A stretch of DNA of 59,984 bases from Bacteroidota bacterium (GTDB lineage Bacteria > Bacteroidota > Bacteroidia > Bacteroidales > UBA12077), in assembly GCA_034661075.1 (NCBI GenBank), contig JAYEKP010000098.1, positions 1 to 59,984 of the forward strand. Reading direction: 5' to 3'. Below the pieces are notes generated by a model. That model was not told the origin of the DNA. It did not search any database and was given only the letters and a program-made list of their open reading frames with translations. The translations under genes were made by a program, and so were the position numbers. Below, piece by piece: positions 41,331-52,100 of this stretch. Each line of letters opens with the position of its first letter. Position 1 is the first letter of the stretch.

Positions 41331-42053
41331 ATGATGAAGGTGATGGAAAACATGAAAACTATCCGGATTGGTTCCCTTATAGGAGCCTTCTTTATTTTGT
41401 TCTCAGTTGCACCTACAACTGCACAGGATGTCTCAAAAGAGATTCCTATTGAAGGTTTTACAAAAGTGTATATAAATATTGCCTGTGAGGTTGATTTGAT
41501 TCAGTCCGAAGAAACAAAACTGGTAATGGAAGCAGAAGAGCAGTTACTGGAAGAGATTGACGTGGAGGTTAGCAATGGAACATTGCGCATTACATCTGAC
41601 AGGAAAGGATGGAAAAAACGGAAAGATGATGTAGACATTTCCCTGACTGTTAAGGATATTGAGAGCTTTCAGGTAGCAGCTGCAGTGAATCTCTATGCCA
41701 ATAAGAAAATTTATGCGGATAAGCTCAGAATTCTTGTTGGCGGCGTTGCAAATATCAATATGGAATTGGAATGCAATAAACTGATGGCTGATTTAAGCGG
41801 AGTAGCCGATATTGATATTAGGGGTAAAGCTTCTCTGGCTGTTTGGAAGGTATCCGGAACGGCTACCCTCGATGCTGAGGATTTTATTACAGAAGCAACA
41901 CGTGTTGATTTTAGTGGAGTAGGAAAAGGAGAAGTGCATGCTACAAAAATTTTAAAAGCATCTGTTTCAGGCCTTGGATTAATTGAATACTCAGGAAGTC
42001 CGGCCAGTATTACCACGAATGTTTCAGGTCTTGGGAAAATTATGCAAAACTAA
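41331..42053 (+). CDS. DUF2807 / GIN-head domain secreted protein
   Basis: Signal peptide; V.NGTLRI; repeated .SG.. beta-solenoid units ending in Y.GSP. Confidence 0.85.
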   Translation: MMKVMENMKTIRIGSLIGAFFILFSVAPTTAQDVSKEIPIEGFTKVYINIACEVDLIQSEETKLVMEAEEQLLEEIDVEVSNGTLRITSDRKGWKKRKDDVDISLTVKDIESFQVAAAVNLYANKKIYADKLRILVGGVANINMELECNKLMADLSGVADIDIRGKASLAVWKVSGTATLDAEDFITEATRVDFSGVGKGEVHATKILKASVSGLGLIEYSGSPASITTNVSGLGKIMQN

Positions 42054-42065
42054 GATATAACAATT

Positions 42066-44489
42066 ATGTTTAAAAATTATTTTCGCATTGCAATAAGGGG
42101 GCTTATCAAACACAGGCAAGCCTCGTTTATAAATATTGGAGGCCTGTCCATTGGTTTTGCCTCCTTTATTTTTATTTTTTTATATATACAGACAGAATTA
42201 AATTTTGATAAGCATTGGGCTGATGCTGACAAGATCTATCGGGTATCTGAATCGGTAGATTATGGTGATAGATACACCGATTTTGCCGTTTCACCTTTCC
42301 CTTTGGGTCCTTCATTTGTGGATTATTTCCCGGAGATAGAAGCGGCTACAAGACTTGGCTTCGGCAGATCCCAACTTATACGATTGGAAGAAACAAAATT
42401 TATGGTGGATGATATTCATTATGCCGATGCAAATTATTTTCAATTTTTTCCTCATGAATTTTTGGAAGGTAGCGCTGCCTCTGCCCTGGATGCCCCCGAT
42501 AAAATTGCCATATCGCAAGAGGTAAAAGAGAAATTTTTTCCCAACGAAAACGCCGCAGGGCAAAGTTTATATCTGGATACTATCTCTTATATGGTGAGTG
42601 CTGTTTATAAAGAAACCAGTGGTGAATCGCATTTAAAACCACAAGTGCTTCTTCCTGTTAGTGCTATATCCCAGGCTGCTCAAGATGCTTACAACAGGGA
42701 TTGGACACGCCTTTTTGGTTATACCTATTTAAAGTTTAAAAGCCCCGGCAGTATTTCTGATTTTCAGTCGAAGCTGCCAGCCTGGATTGAGAAAACAATT
42801 CAACCCTGGAGAGAATTGCATGAACTTACGTTAACACTTGATTTTAAATTGCAAGCGCTCCCTTCAATTCATTTTCAAACAGATTATGATTATGATGTAA
42901 AAGGGAATACGGATAAGCGGTATATCTATATCTTTAGTTTTGTTTGTGCATTTATCTTGTTGATAGCAGCCATTAATTATATTAACCTGGCTACCGCACG
43001 AGCTATTCAGCGTTCAAAAGAGGTAGGCGTGAGAAAACTTGTAGGCGCAAAAAGGAAGCAACTTATATTCCAATTCCTGGGTGAGTCTGTTATCATTGCC
43101 CTGCTTGCAATGCTTATCAGCTTAATTCTGGTGGAACTGTTAAGTCCGGTATTTAACAATCTAACGGATAAAAATATTGACCTTCTTCAGTTACTTCAGA
43201 CCGGAACGGGTCGATTGCAGTGTCTGATTATTGTTATCACTGTTATTTTTATTGGTTTGTTGAGTGGTATTTTCCCTGCTTTTGTTTTATCAGGTTTTCA
43301 TCCTGTTTCTATGGTAAAACAACAATTTGGCAATTCGAGTAAGAGCAGAGGTAAGAGCATAAGTTCCGGATTTTATAGAAAAGCGCTGGTGGTACTTCAA
43401 TTTGCTATATCTGTCGGGATGATTGTAGCTACGCTCGTTGTTTTTATGCAAATGCGCTATTTAAAAAGCCGTAACCTGGGTTTTGCAGGAGAGCAAACGA
43501 TGGTTATCCGCTACGCATCTCAACCTCATATTATTGCCCAACGAGAGGCAATTAAGAAAGAATTGACCGACCATCCTGGTGTGTTGGAAGCAATAACAAC
43601 AAATGACCTTCCGGGATACCATCATGGAAGATTAACTTATTATATCGACAGAGATGGAAAATGGGAGCAGGAAATGGTGAATTTCTACCAGGTGGATCAT
43701 GATTTTGAAGATATGTTAGATCTCGAAGTTGTTGAGGGACGGTTCTTTTCACTGGATTTTCCTTCTGATCCTAACACCAGTTTTGTTATTAATGAAGCTG
43801 CGAAAAAGGTTTTTGGGAAGAACCCTATAGGCCAGCATGTAGCTTGTGGTTTAGGCGTAGATGGTGAAATTGTAGGTGTGGTTAAGGATTTCAATTACAC
43901 GTCTCTTCACCAAAAGATAGAACCGCTTGTTTTTATGAATAAGCCGGAAAGAATGCGATTCTTTGCCGTAAAGCTGGACGCAAAACAGATTCAATCAGCT
44001 ATGGAACATGTAAAGAAGGTATGGACCGGTTTTCCCACGGATTATCCTTACGAATACGAATTCTTAGATACTGGTTTTAATGAGCAGTATCTGCAGGAAC
44101 AGAAAATGCAAACTATTTTTAGCTACTTTGCTTTAGTTACAGTCCTTATTGCCAGCCTGGGTTTGTTTGGCCTTTCTTCTTACATGGCAGTGCAGCGACA
44201 GAAAGAGATGAGTATTCGGAAGGTTCTGGGCAGTTCTGCAACACAAGTTGTGAAAAAGTTTCTGGGGCAATTTTTAATTTGGGTTGCTCTTGGTAATTTG
44301 CTTGCCTGGCCTTTGGCATGGTGGGGGCTTAATACCTGGCTGCAAAATTTTGCCTATCATATTGAACTGAATGTTATTCCCTTTGCACTTGCTGCTTTGT
44401 TAAGCTTAACGGTAGCTATAATAACTGTTTCTTTTCAGGCTTTAAAAACAGCCAATTCTAATCCGGCAGAGGTGCTTGCATGTGAATAA
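42066..44489 (+). CDS. ABC transporter permease (duplicated MacB-PCD/FtsX)
   Basis: MFKNYFRIA, INYINLATA..RSKEVGVRK, QFAIS and KEMSIRKVLG motifs. Confidence 0.94.
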   Translation: MFKNYFRIAIRGLIKHRQASFINIGGLSIGFASFIFIFLYIQTELNFDKHWADADKIYRVSESVDYGDRYTDFAVSPFPLGPSFVDYFPEIEAATRLGFGRSQLIRLEETKFMVDDIHYADANYFQFFPHEFLEGSAASALDAPDKIAISQEVKEKFFPNENAAGQSLYLDTISYMVSAVYKETSGESHLKPQVLLPVSAISQAAQDAYNRDWTRLFGYTYLKFKSPGSISDFQSKLPAWIEKTIQPWRELHELTLTLDFKLQALPSIHFQTDYDYDVKGNTDKRYIYIFSFVCAFILLIAAINYINLATARAIQRSKEVGVRKLVGAKRKQLIFQFLGESVIIALLAMLISLILVELLSPVFNNLTDKNIDLLQLLQTGTGRLQCLIIVITVIFIGLLSGIFPAFVLSGFHPVSMVKQQFGNSSKSRGKSISSGFYRKALVVLQFAISVGMIVATLVVFMQMRYLKSRNLGFAGEQTMVIRYASQPHIIAQREAIKKELTDHPGVLEAITTNDLPGYHHGRLTYYIDRDGKWEQEMVNFYQVDHDFEDMLDLEVVEGRFFSLDFPSDPNTSFVINEAAKKVFGKNPIGQHVACGLGVDGEIVGVVKDFNYTSLHQKIEPLVFMNKPERMRFFAVKLDAKQIQSAMEHVKKVWTGFPTDYPYEYEFLDTGFNEQYLQEQKMQTIFSYFALVTVLIASLGLFGLSSYMAVQRQKEMSIRKVLGSSATQVVKKFLGQFLIWVALGNLLAWPLAWWGLNTWLQNFAYHIELNVIPFALAALLSLTVAIITVSFQALKTANSNPAEVLACE

Positions 44490-44686
44490 TTATTTTTTAG
44501 GATGACTGGTACAAAGTTCATTATTAAAATACCGAATATCATGCTTTAGAATTTTTACATTAGCTGTTTCTGTTTTTTCAGATACAGCTTTTTTGTTTAA
44601 AGTATCTTTTTTGATAATTATGTTTATAGATATTCTACGATTCTTTTTCGCTTTGCACAATTTAGCATATGGATTAAAAAAACAAG

Positions 44687-44804
44687 TGTGCGTAAGCGTA
44701 CATTGTTTGAACGGTTACGAACGAAATTACGATAGAATTTGTTCATGGACTTTGGTGTAATATATTGATATGTAGAGTTATGTATTGATGGGCATGCAAG
44801 TTGG
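44687..44804 (+). promoter_or_regulatory. Second enhancer pair plus sigma54-like box
   Basis: tgtgcg-taag-cgtaca at 44687, tgaacg-gtta-cgaacg at 44708, GGCA at 44791; same spacing as the 39088-39203 element. Confidence 0.5.
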
Positions 44805-44840
44805 TTTTAATTTGTAAGAATTATAAAAAGGAGTTTATTT

Positions 44841-47216
44841 ATGTTTAAAAACTATGTTAAAATAGCGATACGAAATTTAATCTCGCAAAAGTTTTTTTCA
44901 GTGATTAATATTTTGGGCCTGGCAACAGGTATCGCTGCAACTATAATGCTTTTGTTATATGTGCAGCACGAGTTAAGTTATGATAAATTCCATGATAAGT
45001 ATGAAAACACATACCGTATCATTTCATCTGTACAACAAGGTGATGCTGAACCGATGGTAGTTCCTGTTGCATTGGCTAATGCTGCTGAGGTTGTTCAAAC
45101 AAAAATACCTGAGGTTGTTACTGCCTGTAAATTAGATAAAAGAGAAGCCAATGTAACCATAGAAAATAAAGTTTTTAGCAGTCAGCAGTTTTTTTATGTT
45201 GACAGTACTTTTTTTGATGTATTTTCTTTCCCAGTAATCTCGGGAGATTGTAAAGAGGCTTTATATAATCCTAAAAATATTGTAATTACAAAAAGTACAG
45301 CCAAAAGATATTTTGGCGATAGCAATCCAATCAATCAACAATTTGAATTAAATGGCATAGAATTTACTGTAAAATGTCTTATTGAAGATATCCCGGCTAA
45401 TTCGCATTTTTCGTTTGATTTTATCACATCGTTTACTTCTATTAATCAGCTTGAACGATATTATGGGAACCGGGGGTTTGGTTTTTATACCTATTTTGTT
45501 GTCGACACAAAAGCGAAAGACGAAACCTGGAAAGCAAAAGTTGTTGCAGAAAGTAATGAGAACATCTCTAAACGCTTTAAGGATGAAGGGATGGATAGGG
45601 CTTTTCAGATTGATACCAAAATACAAAAAATGAGTAAAATTCATTTATATTCCGATTATAACTGGGAAATAGCTCCACAGGGAAATATCCGGAACATTTA
45701 TATCTACTCTTTTTTAGCTTTTTTTATCATTGTTATTGCCATAATAAATTTTATAAATTTAGTAACGGCAAGATCCGAAACCCGCTCAAAAGAAATTGGA
45801 TTGCGAAAAGTTATTGGAGCACAGCGCAAAAATATTGTTAAACAATTTTTAGGCGAGGCGGTAATTGTATCTTTTATTTCTTTATTGGTTGGTTTACTAA
45901 TTGTCGAAATATTTCTCGATTCATTCATTAACCTTGTAAACAGAGAACTGGTATTAAATTATACCAATGTTAAATTAATCGGATTGTTTATTATCTTATC
46001 CGTTATCATTGGTTTAATCGCCGGAGCTTATCCTGCTGTTTATCTTTCAAAATTTAATCCTGTACGAATTCTTAAAGGGATTACCCAAAAAGGACGAGGT
46101 AACGAATACTTGAAAAAAGGATTGGTAATTTTTCAGTTTTCCATAGCCATCTTTTTAATTATCTCCTTATTGATAATGAATCTGCAAATGAATTATGTTA
46201 AAAGCAAAGATTTAGGATTTGATAAAGAACATGTATTGGTGATTAATAATCTTAAACCCGGAATCTATAATGATTTACAGCTAATTAAATCAGAACTGGA
46301 AAATTTACCTCAGGTTATTTCTGCTTGTGGTTCAGAGAATATTCCAACGTATCATATGGTGCAGAATGCATATAAAAAAGGAGATCATCCCGACAACTCA
46401 ATTGTAATCAATGAAATGGCTGTGCAGGATGATTTTATCGAAACTTTTGGGATGGAGATTATCGAAGGTCGGGATTTTGACTCCAAATTCAGAACCGACA
46501 CTTTTTCTGTTATTATTAATCAAACAGCTGCACGAAAGTTAGGCTTAAAAAATCCTGTGGGTAAGAAAATCTTTGTTTGGAAAGTCGAAGGTGAAATTGT
46601 GGGTGTTGTGAAGGATTTTCACTTTAACTCCTTTCATCAGGAAATTGAACCTTTGGTATTAACGAAATATCGTGATTACATATCTTATATTTCCGTAAAA
46701 GTAAGCGGCGAAAAATTAAATTAAACCATAGCTGCCATCGAAAAGGTTATTAATCAGTATAATACAGGTTACGAATTTCGCTACTATTTTATGGATGATA
46801 GATTTGATAATCTTTACAAGGAAGAACAACGCAGCAATAAATTAAACCTGTTTGGTTCGGTGCTGGCTATTATTATTGCCATGTTAGGAATTTTTGCTTT
46901 AACATCCTATACTGTGATAAAAAGAACCAAAGAGATCGGAATACGCAAAGTTCTTGGCACACCGGTAAGTCGGATTTTATGGATGTTATTAGCCGATATT
47001 TCGAAATGGGTTTTATTGGCAAATATTATTGCGTGGCCATTAGCATATTATTTTATGAATGGCTGGCTCAACAATTTTGCGTATAAAATTGATATGCATA
47101 TTTGGATGTTTATTGCCGGAGCATGCATTGCTTTTATCATCGCCATTATAACCGTGATTGTTCTTGCCTATAGGGCAGCATCAGCAAATTCGGCCAATGC
47201 CTTACGCTATGAATAA
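44841..47216 (+). pseudogene. ABC transporter permease with one in-frame stop
   Basis: TAA at 46722-46724; reading continues in frame (TIAAIEKVI..YYFMDDRF) into ORF 46791-47216. Confidence 0.9.
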
Positions 47217-47239
47217 TTATTAATTCAAAAGAAAGGATC

Positions 47240-47539
47240 TTGATTATGTTAAAAGACCTATGTATTCCCATTCCCGGATTTGGCGAAAATGAAATCGCCG
47301 AATTACACCTTAAAGTGGGTGACCGGAAAATCAGCTATGATTTCCGGGTCGAATCCTTCCCTTGGAACGTTGAAGATGAGTTGAATGGTGACTCAGATGA
47401 AATTACCCGATCGCTTGCCAGAATTAGCCGACTGAGGACAGCTATTCAAAATTACGATAGAAGCTGGGAGTTAATACAAATTTTTACGCCTGCTAATCAC
47501 GCAAGTTACATTCAGGTATTATACCGTAAGAAAAATTAA
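47240..47539 (+). CDS. Hypothetical protein
   Basis: 99-aa ORF with normal composition, co-oriented in the operon. Confidence 0.65.
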   Translation: MIMLKDLCIPIPGFGENEIAELHLKVGDRKISYDFRVESFPWNVEDELNGDSDEITRSLARISRLRTAIQNYDRSWELIQIFTPANHASYIQVLYRKKN

Positions 47540-47697
47540 ATTTACTTTTTCCTGTTGTTTTCCAATGTCTTTTTTTTAATGTAAAAACCTAGTGCTTGTT
47601 TTTATTATCTTTACTCAAAAATTAGATGTTATGAAATAAGCATAAGTGAAATAAACTTTTACATGCCAAACAAAATGATTATTTTACTTTTGCGATT

Positions 47698-47719
47698 ACC
47701 TGTCTGCCGACAGGCAGGT
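47698..47719. repeat. Short palindrome acctgtctgccgacaggcaggt
   Basis: 17/20 identical to the insert at 5378-5397. Confidence 0.75.
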
Positions 47720-47753
47720 ATGTGACCTTTAAAACAATTAAAAAAATAAACAC

Positions 47754-48128
47754 ATGAAAATTAATAAAAGATCACTAATTCGTTGGAAAGTTTATCTCGA
47801 CCGCTCTAAGATGTATATTAGCTATATTAATTTGTTTATGATGGTGACAATTTTTTTGGAAGCCATTAAAAATACGGCTGTAGGTAAATATTTAATTGCT
47901 CATGTATATGTTGCTATTCCTGTATTAGTTATAATTTTTATTTTTTTTGCTCTATTATTAGGTTACTGGGACTCAAAATATGGTATTCGTAGCGAAGAAA
48001 TGCGTAACCTTACCTTACAAAATCCTATTCAGATGGAAATATTGGAGTCGGTAAGAGATATAAAGAAAAACCAACAAAATATTGAAAGCAGATTAGATAA
48101 AATTGAAAATGAGCTGTTAAAAAAATAA
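47754..48128 (+). CDS. Small membrane protein (2 TM plus coiled coil)
   Basis: Two hydrophobic helices and a C-terminal heptad region; upstream TACTTTTG box near 47685. Confidence 0.7.
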   Translation: MKINKRSLIRWKVYLDRSKMYISYINLFMMVTIFLEAIKNTAVGKYLIAHVYVAIPVLVIIFIFFALLLGYWDSKYGIRSEEMRNLTLQNPIQMEILESVRDIKKNQQNIESRLDKIENELLKK

Positions 48129-48189
48129 TTTATGCAGCATGAAAAGATAAAATGCGTCTTTATCATATAATCAATAAAATTTTTAAATT

Positions 48190-49086
48190 ATGAAAAGCAG
48201 AATACTAACTATTATTTTTTCAGTCTTACCCTTGTTTGCTTATTTACAAGTAAATGTAGATGCGCAGGAAATAATTGCGAAAATAAATAAGGGAGAAGAT
48301 ATTTTCTACCAAAATGCAACTATCATTGGTGATTTGGATTTTAGGTTAATTAATGATGTTGAAGAAGATAGTGATTGGGAATTTTTGGGTAATGATGACC
48401 ATACTTATAAGTATCATGTTCGTTCGGAAATAAAATTTGTCCGATGTGAATTTCAAGGTAAAGTAATTGGTTATTGGCCAAATGATGATAAGGATGAGTT
48501 ACATATTGCTTATTTCCATAATGATGTATATTTTGAGAAGTGTACCTTTAAGGATGATTTTTTGGTAAAATACTCTGATTTTAACAAGAAAGCAGCATTT
48601 TCCGACAATGTTTTTGAAGAAGAAGCTTTATTTAAATATACTGTTTTTTCGTCCGATGTTAATTTCTCTAATACTATTTTCAAGGAAGAAGCTAATTTTA
48701 AATATGCTAAATTCCCTGAATATACTGTTTTTGAACATTCAACATTTAATGATTTAGCAAATTTTAAGTACACTAAATTTAGCGGAGAAGTAAATTTTAA
48801 GAATTGTAATTTTGAAGAATCCGCTTATTTTAAATATACCGAATTATCTGATTATATTGATTTTTCCAATACAAAATTTAGAGGTGAAGCTATTTTTAAA
48901 TATATTGAGTTTTCTAATGGGGTAAATTTTGAGAATTCCATATTCGATAACTTTGCTGATTTTAAATATGCAAAATTCCTGGATCCTATTCGATTAAATA
49001 ATGTGGCTTTTAATGGTGCCACTTCCTTTAAATATGCAGAAGTTGAGGGAAAAGAGTTTATCCCTTATTTATTAGATAGTAAATAA
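48190..49086 (+). CDS. Secreted pentapeptide-repeat-like protein
   Basis: Repeated F...A.FKY..F....F units; signal peptide. Confidence 0.85.
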   Translation: MKSRILTIIFSVLPLFAYLQVNVDAQEIIAKINKGEDIFYQNATIIGDLDFRLINDVEEDSDWEFLGNDDHTYKYHVRSEIKFVRCEFQGKVIGYWPNDDKDELHIAYFHNDVYFEKCTFKDDFLVKYSDFNKKAAFSDNVFEEEALFKYTVFSSDVNFSNTIFKEEANFKYAKFPEYTVFEHSTFNDLANFKYTKFSGEVNFKNCNFEESAYFKYTELSDYIDFSNTKFRGEAIFKYIEFSNGVNFENSIFDNFADFKYAKFLDPIRLNNVAFNGATSFKYAEVEGKEFIPYLLDSK

Positions 49087-49144
49087 TACCTAGTATTATG
49101 GTAAACTGTTTGCAGTAGTGATTTTATTTACCACTACTGCATTT

Positions 49145-52100
49145 TTATATTGGGATAGTAATTTCAACCCTTGTGCCACAAGGCAGATTATAATCATCAT
49201 ATAAGTCTGTGGTATTTATATGATATCCTTTGCGTGATTGCGAATTATTTAATAGCATTAATCGTTCCTGGGTAATAAAGCTACCCTTTGATTGATGTGA
49301 TTTATTATTTTTTCGGTTTAATTCTCTTGATTTTTGTCTCCCAATACCATTATCTTCTATAATGCAGTGTAGTATATTATCATTAATGATTTTAAATTCA
49401 AGTTTTAATTTAGCATCTTCTTTTTTATAAATAAAACCATGTTTAATGGCATTTTCTACAAACGGCTGGATTAACATGGGCGGAATTTCAATTTTACGTT
49501 GTTCAAACTCATTCGGAAGAATAATTTCTGTATCGAAATGCCTATCGAATCTCATTTTTTCTAAGTTTAAGTAAAATTTTAAATAGTTTAACTCTTCTTC
49601 GAGGGTAACTTTTTTCTTAACTACATTATCGAGGGTTATTCGAATTAATTTGGCAAAATCCGATAAATAACCTAGCGCAGCATCAATATCATTATCAAGC
49701 ATATAATTCTGAATAGAATTAATGGCATTAAAAATAAAATGAGGGTTCATTTGTGCCCGCAAAGCTTTCATCTCAAATTCGGCAATTCTTTCTGAAATCT
49801 CGGCTAAATTTCTTTCGCGTTTTTTTATCTGTTTTGTTCTTAAATAGATGATAAACCAAATGAGGAATATCATAAAAATTGTAGCAGGAACGTAAAACCA
49901 CCAATTTGCCCAAAATGGAGGTTTAATGTTGAAATTTACTGATAACTCTTTTGTACTATTAAAATTAGTTGTATTAATAGCTTTAACTCTAAAACGGTAA
50001 TTCCCCGGGCTTAAATTCTGAAAAGCAGCGCGGCGTTCGTTGGTAATTTCTGACCATTCTTCGGAAAGTCCTTCTAATATATAACGAAACTTAATATTAT
50101 CATAATCCATAAATTGAATGATATCATAATTGAAAGCAATGGAATTTTTATGCGAAGGAAAAATGAACTCTTGTTTATGAGTTAGCGTTTGATCATAGAA
50201 TATAGAATCATTTAACCTATTTGAAGGTTTATTATTTACTTGTATTGTCTTAAAATAAAAATTAAAATTACCACCCGTAGATTTTAAAAGATCATGTATA
50301 GCCCCTTTTATTAAATAATTGTGGGTGCCAATCCAAATATTGCCTTCGTGAATAAGAGATATTTCTCCTGAATAATCTTTAAATCCATGGATATGTTCAA
50401 TTTTTTTAAGCGATATTTGCCCTTTTTGATACAGTAAGTTTAAATTAATAATGTTAATTCCTGAGTTTGTGCCAGCAATTAAATAACCTTCATTTGTGCA
50501 ATTTAGCCATCTAATACTTGTTCCCAGTAAATCATTCTTTTTACTAATATGAAACTGAGTAAAAATAGAATCATTTTTTAAAGTTGCTATATATATTATA
50601 CCATTTTCACCTCCTATAATAATATTCCCGGTGTTATCAAAACATACATCATTAAAAGAGTTTATTTTTAGCGATTTATTGGAAAACGATTGGAAGTTTC
50701 CTTTGTTATAAAGAAAAATCCCATGATCTCTACTAATTAACCATATTTTATCATCATGTATTTTTATTCGTTTAATATTTACGGGGGCTAGGCCATCAAA
50801 ATAATTATATACTTTTCTTTTTAAGTTTTTTTCAATATGGGGGTAAACAAAAACATCATTCCAGCTTGTCACGATTAATTCATTGTCCGGACCAAATACA
50901 AAATTCGATATATCAATGGCTTCAAGGTCGTAATATTTTATTGTTTGTTTATTTTTTGAGATTTTAAATAATCCGACATTACTCCCGATCCAAATGTTCC
51001 CTTTTTGATCTTTTTTTATGGTGTTTAAATTTTTTAATTTTTTGTTTATTAAAACATCGTATTTAAGAGGTTTATATAAACTGGCAGCAGGAATAATTAT
51101 CTCTTGGTTATTTTCATACGCTAAGTAAGGATTAGGATAAGGATACTTCCCTTTTTTTATCAAACGTTGGTATTTTTCATACGATCCGGTTGGATCTTTC
51201 AGGTAATAATACTTTATTTTTATCGCATTTTTAGTAAACTGATGAAATTCCTTTTCAAATAAAGCAAACGGATATGTTTTATAGGTCTCATCCGGAAGAA
51301 TTTCTACCACGTTTTGGGATGTTGCAAACCATATATGATGATTATTATCAACTAATAAATTATTTACAGGAAAATTGTTAATTTCAAAATCTTTAGGTTG
51401 GTAGTAAAGAAAATTATTTTTAGGATACATGTATAAACCATTATTTTCTGAACCTATCCACAATATTTTTTCTTTTTTATCATACGCTAATGCTGATATA
51501 TTTTGGGTTTTGATATTTAAGCATTTATTGTAATAAGTTAATTTTTGGTTTTTGTACTGATATAATCCTCCCGTATTTTTAAATTGATTATTTACTGCAA
51601 TCCAAATATTAGTTTCATCATCATCAATAAAATCAGCGATATTCCCTAACGTATCATTGATAAAAACATTTTCTTTTCCCACACCCTTAAATCCAACATG
51701 GTTTATTCCAATTAATGTGTCTTTCTTTTTAGTGATATGCGAGGCAGAAACCGAGCTATAGAATAATGGATGAGTAACGGGTAAATGGTTAAGTTCATTA
51801 TTGTTGAGGTTTAGTTCATAAACACCTTTGTCGTAGGTAAAAACATAAATAGATTGGTTGGTTGCTAAAAATGAAGTAATATAAAATCGTTGATTTGGAA
51901 TAATTGAGTTTTTGGGGAAAGAAAAAAATTCTTCTCCATCGTATACAGATAATCCATTTTCGGTTCCAATGCAAAGTAGGTTAAATTCTTCAAAATATTT
52001 TAGCGTTGTTATTTTATTGCTAATAAGCCCGTCATCTATAGTAAAAGAATGAATCTCCGTTCCGTTATAACTCGTAATTCCACCCTTGTTGCATCCAAAC

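Noticed and set aside
15156-46724. Stop-codon reassignment or programmed read-through explaining the in-frame stops
   Set aside because: All three stop types occur internally, all three also end intact genes, and frameshifts co-occur in the same genes
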